A stretch of 64,000 nt of DNA from Candidatus Bathyarchaeota archaeon (GTDB lineage Archaea; Thermoproteota; Bathyarchaeia; 40CM-2-53-6): contig CAVPLU010000009.1 in NCBI GenBank assembly GCA_963706285.1, positions 1 to 64,000 on the forward strand, read 5' to 3'. The translations under genes and the position numbers were made by a program. Positions 61,817 to 64,000 of this stretch are shown in pieces (within the stretch, counting starts at the first letter, position 1; every line of letters begins with the position of its first letter). Below the pieces are notes generated by a model that was not told the origin of the DNA, made no database searches, and was given only the letters and a program-made list of their open reading frames with translations.

Positions 61817-62110
61817 CTATCGATGCGAGTATCGATAGACTCCGCCGAGCAAAATTGCCACTCCCAGGAAGATTAGCACTAGCGGCCAGAAATCCCTCAG
61901 CCCCAGCCAGCTCTGAAATAGGATCGAAAGTCCTAATGCTACTATGAAGAGACCCACGAGAACGCTGCCCCAATGGGATGGCAGGCCAAAGCACATCTCC
62001 GCCTCATGGCGGGTCCTTCCTCTTTCGACACCCATCAGGGGTCTTCCACATTGTGCGCACACCGCCGCGTCATCAGTGTTCTTCGCACCACATCTAACAC
62101 AATAAACCAA
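61817..62110 (-). CDS. Zinc-ribbon membrane protein
   Basis: YCVRCG...CAQCG, CFGLP, two TM helices. Confidence 0.8.
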   Translation of the reverse strand: MVYCVRCGAKNTDDAAVCAQCGRPLMGVERGRTRHEAEMCFGLPSHWGSVLVGLFIVALGLSILFQSWLGLRDFWPLVLIFLGVAILLGGVYRYSHR

Positions 62111-62286
62111 AATGAAACCGCCCTCTCCTTGTCATGATTGACATTGGCACGAAATATAATATCTTGCTATCTACCCCGATCGACCCCTTCGAAGTGCAGC
62201 GAATTAGACCAAGTTTCATCCTCGGTTATGCGTATGTGAGTGAATAGTTCAAAAGCCTGTACCCCCCAGGCTGATTAGAGGGATAT

Positions 62287-62607
62287 GTGTTGGTGCGTTG
62301 CGACGAATGCGGAACTGATCTGCCTCCCGTCGCTCAGTATTGCTTCAAGTGTGGATCACGCGTTGGCAGAGTGCCGACCGAAGAGTTCTCAGTGAGTTCT
62401 GATGACCTGGTCAAGAAGGTGAAGGACCTTCTCCATGAAGGGAATGTGAGAAGGATCATCGTAAGAGATGAACAAGGCCGGGTACTGCTTGAGGTGCCGG
62501 CTGCTGCCGGTTTAATCGGTGCCATATTGGCGCCTTGGCTAGCCGCCTTAGGTGCGATCGCTGCCTTGGTCACGGAATGCAAGATATCAGTTGAAAGGAG
62601 AGACTAG
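62287..62607 (+). CDS. Zinc ribbon + DUF4342 protein
   Basis: LVKKVKDLLHEGNVRRIIV...LLEVP. Confidence 0.85.
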   Translation: MLVRCDECGTDLPPVAQYCFKCGSRVGRVPTEEFSVSSDDLVKKVKDLLHEGNVRRIIVRDEQGRVLLEVPAAAGLIGAILAPWLAALGAIAALVTECKISVERRD

Positions 62608-62608
62608 A

Positions 62609-63095
62609 ATGAATTCTAAGACTTCAAACCAGCGATCGTGGGATGAGTACCGACGAGACGACACTAGCTGGATCTCATTTGGAGCATTCCTGATAATTAT
62701 CGCCGTTCTCTATCTTAGAACACCAGGTCTTGTCTCGCAAGTAAACGCCTTTGTACATGACTTCCGACTGGTTCAGGTCTTTCAGAACGTCTACTGGTTT
62801 ATGCCTTCCACAAATCATCCCTCGCTGTATGCTGTCGCTGAGCAGTTCTGCTACGCCTTCGGTCTTGTGCACAGTTGCAGTGCTTGGTCTAGAGATCGCC
62901 AAGGGATCGTCAACTCATAGAAAAGCAAGGACTTCCTCAAGCATCGTTTTCTGGTTGGGAGCAGGATACATTCTGAGTCTGCTGTCCCAAGGAGCGCTTT
63001 CATGGCTATCCTTCATTGCGAGCCTGATCATCCTGATGGGCGTCTCAATTGTCGTCCGAGCGCTAATCCTCGTGTTCGCTCGGCATTCGCCGTAG
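62609..63095 (+). CDS. Membrane protein (frameshift near 62873)
   Basis: Two overlapping hydrophobic ORFs join into one. Confidence 0.65.
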
Positions 63096-63114
63096 CGAAT
63101 TGTTCGGTGATCCA

Positions 63115-63420
63115 ATGCCCTTTTGTGCTAAATGTGGCGCGAGCCTCGTAGAGGGCGCGAGCTTCTGTTTGAAGTGTGGCGCAGCAATATCTGGAGCCGC
63201 AGATCTGAGCAACGCCATTACGGGCGCCTTGACTGCGGCTGGGAGGACGATCGGGGAAGCTTTCAAAATCGCCGGAAATGAGATTGAAAAAGCTCTCAGA
63301 GACGCGAGGAGTGACCTTTCTGATCAGGGAGGCCCTTTTTGCCCGAAGTGTGGAACGCGGAACCCACTCAGTGCTGGTTTTTGTTTTTCTTGCGGTGCAA
63401 GAATCCCATCAATAGCATGA
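63115..63420 (+). CDS. Double zinc-ribbon protein
   Basis: FCAKCG..FCLKCG...FCPKCG..FCFSCG. Confidence 0.8.
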   Translation: MPFCAKCGASLVEGASFCLKCGAAISGAADLSNAITGALTAAGRTIGEAFKIAGNEIEKALRDARSDLSDQGGPFCPKCGTRNPLSAGFCFSCGARIPSIA

Positions 63421-63595
63421 AACGCTCCAAAGATCCGCATGATCGCCGATATCTAAAGTTTCAAACTGGGCATGCGATGGTTCCAGGGCGAATTTAGGTA
63501 GCTTCAATACCAACGGTTCATACGAGAGCCCTTTGAGAGTGAACTAAACGGGGCGCAGGTTCGGAAACAGAAATCGCAGCCAAGGCAGGAGCGAG

Positions 63596-63760
63596 ATGAA
63601 GGCTCTGGAATGCCCGCGCTGTCATGCTCAAGTAAGACTAGACCAATACCGAGACCACATCACAAAATGTACCGGGCCAGAACCCACCCCAACCCCGGTG
63701 AAAGCACCCGAGACAACCGCGACTGAAGGCCAATTGGCCCAGCCTTCGCAGGCTCCCTAG
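63596..63760 (+). CDS. 54-aa C2HC zinc-finger microprotein
   Basis: GGAG ribosome-binding site; MKALECPRCHAQVRLDQYRDHITKCTGPEPTPTPVKAPETTATEGQLAQPSQAP; below the ORF-track cutoff. Confidence 0.65.
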   Translation: MKALECPRCHAQVRLDQYRDHITKCTGPEPTPTPVKAPETTATEGQLAQPSQAP

Positions 63761-64000
63761 TTCTGTGACCGCCGTGGACCGATCCGGATGTTAGCTTGTT
63801 CTTGAAACACACTTGTAGACGTTCCGGAGACTGCTGCATAATTCACTGGGGATCTTTCGAGGCAACCCACGAAGACATAATCCGTTGGAAGACAGAGGGA
63901 CGAGAAGATATTCTTAGCTACCTATCGATTGACGCGAGCGACCCCCACGATTTGCGTGGCCTTTTCACTACCGGAAGTTGCCCCTTCTTGAGCAAAGACA

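Noticed and set aside
40081-64000. Short TGGTGCG matches and antisense ORFs in the core block
   Set aside because: The matches lie inside coding sequence with neither the tail nor the T-loop arm; the antisense ORFs shadow well-supported genes

Overview
Archaeal genomic window, most consistent with Bathyarchaeia (radA, nucS, rqcH, AMMECR1, F420:NADP oxidoreductase, many zinc-ribbon membrane proteins). It has two parts. From ~37.4 to 64 kb is a housekeeping block. From 1 to ~37.3 kb is an accessory island of short unrelated gene modules and gene fragments. The main observation is that the island's intergenic spaces carry about 20 degenerate copies of one repeat. It reads as the 3' end of an archaeal tRNA-Gly (GGTTCAAATYCGGRYGCYCGCACCA) followed by a CA-rich tail, and there are also hairpin-forming variants. 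I saw no copy in the housekeeping block. The island also holds an unannotated, decayed C-terminal half of a casposase-type Cas1 (515-1012) and a probable casposon PolB C-terminal remnant fused to one repeat (19071-19232). Together these suggest a casposon-related or integron-like gene-capture array. Other candidate systems are a cyclic-nucleotide signalling cluster linked to an RRE/M50 protease and a hidden Cys-containing peptide, a micro-HTH/Schlafen/DUF4062 cluster, and a shared VGG-type C-terminal sorting signal. Many single-base frameshifts, including in housekeeping genes, point to long-read consensus errors. I found no intact tRNA, rRNA or CRISPR array. All family assignments are by eye from motifs; no searches were run.
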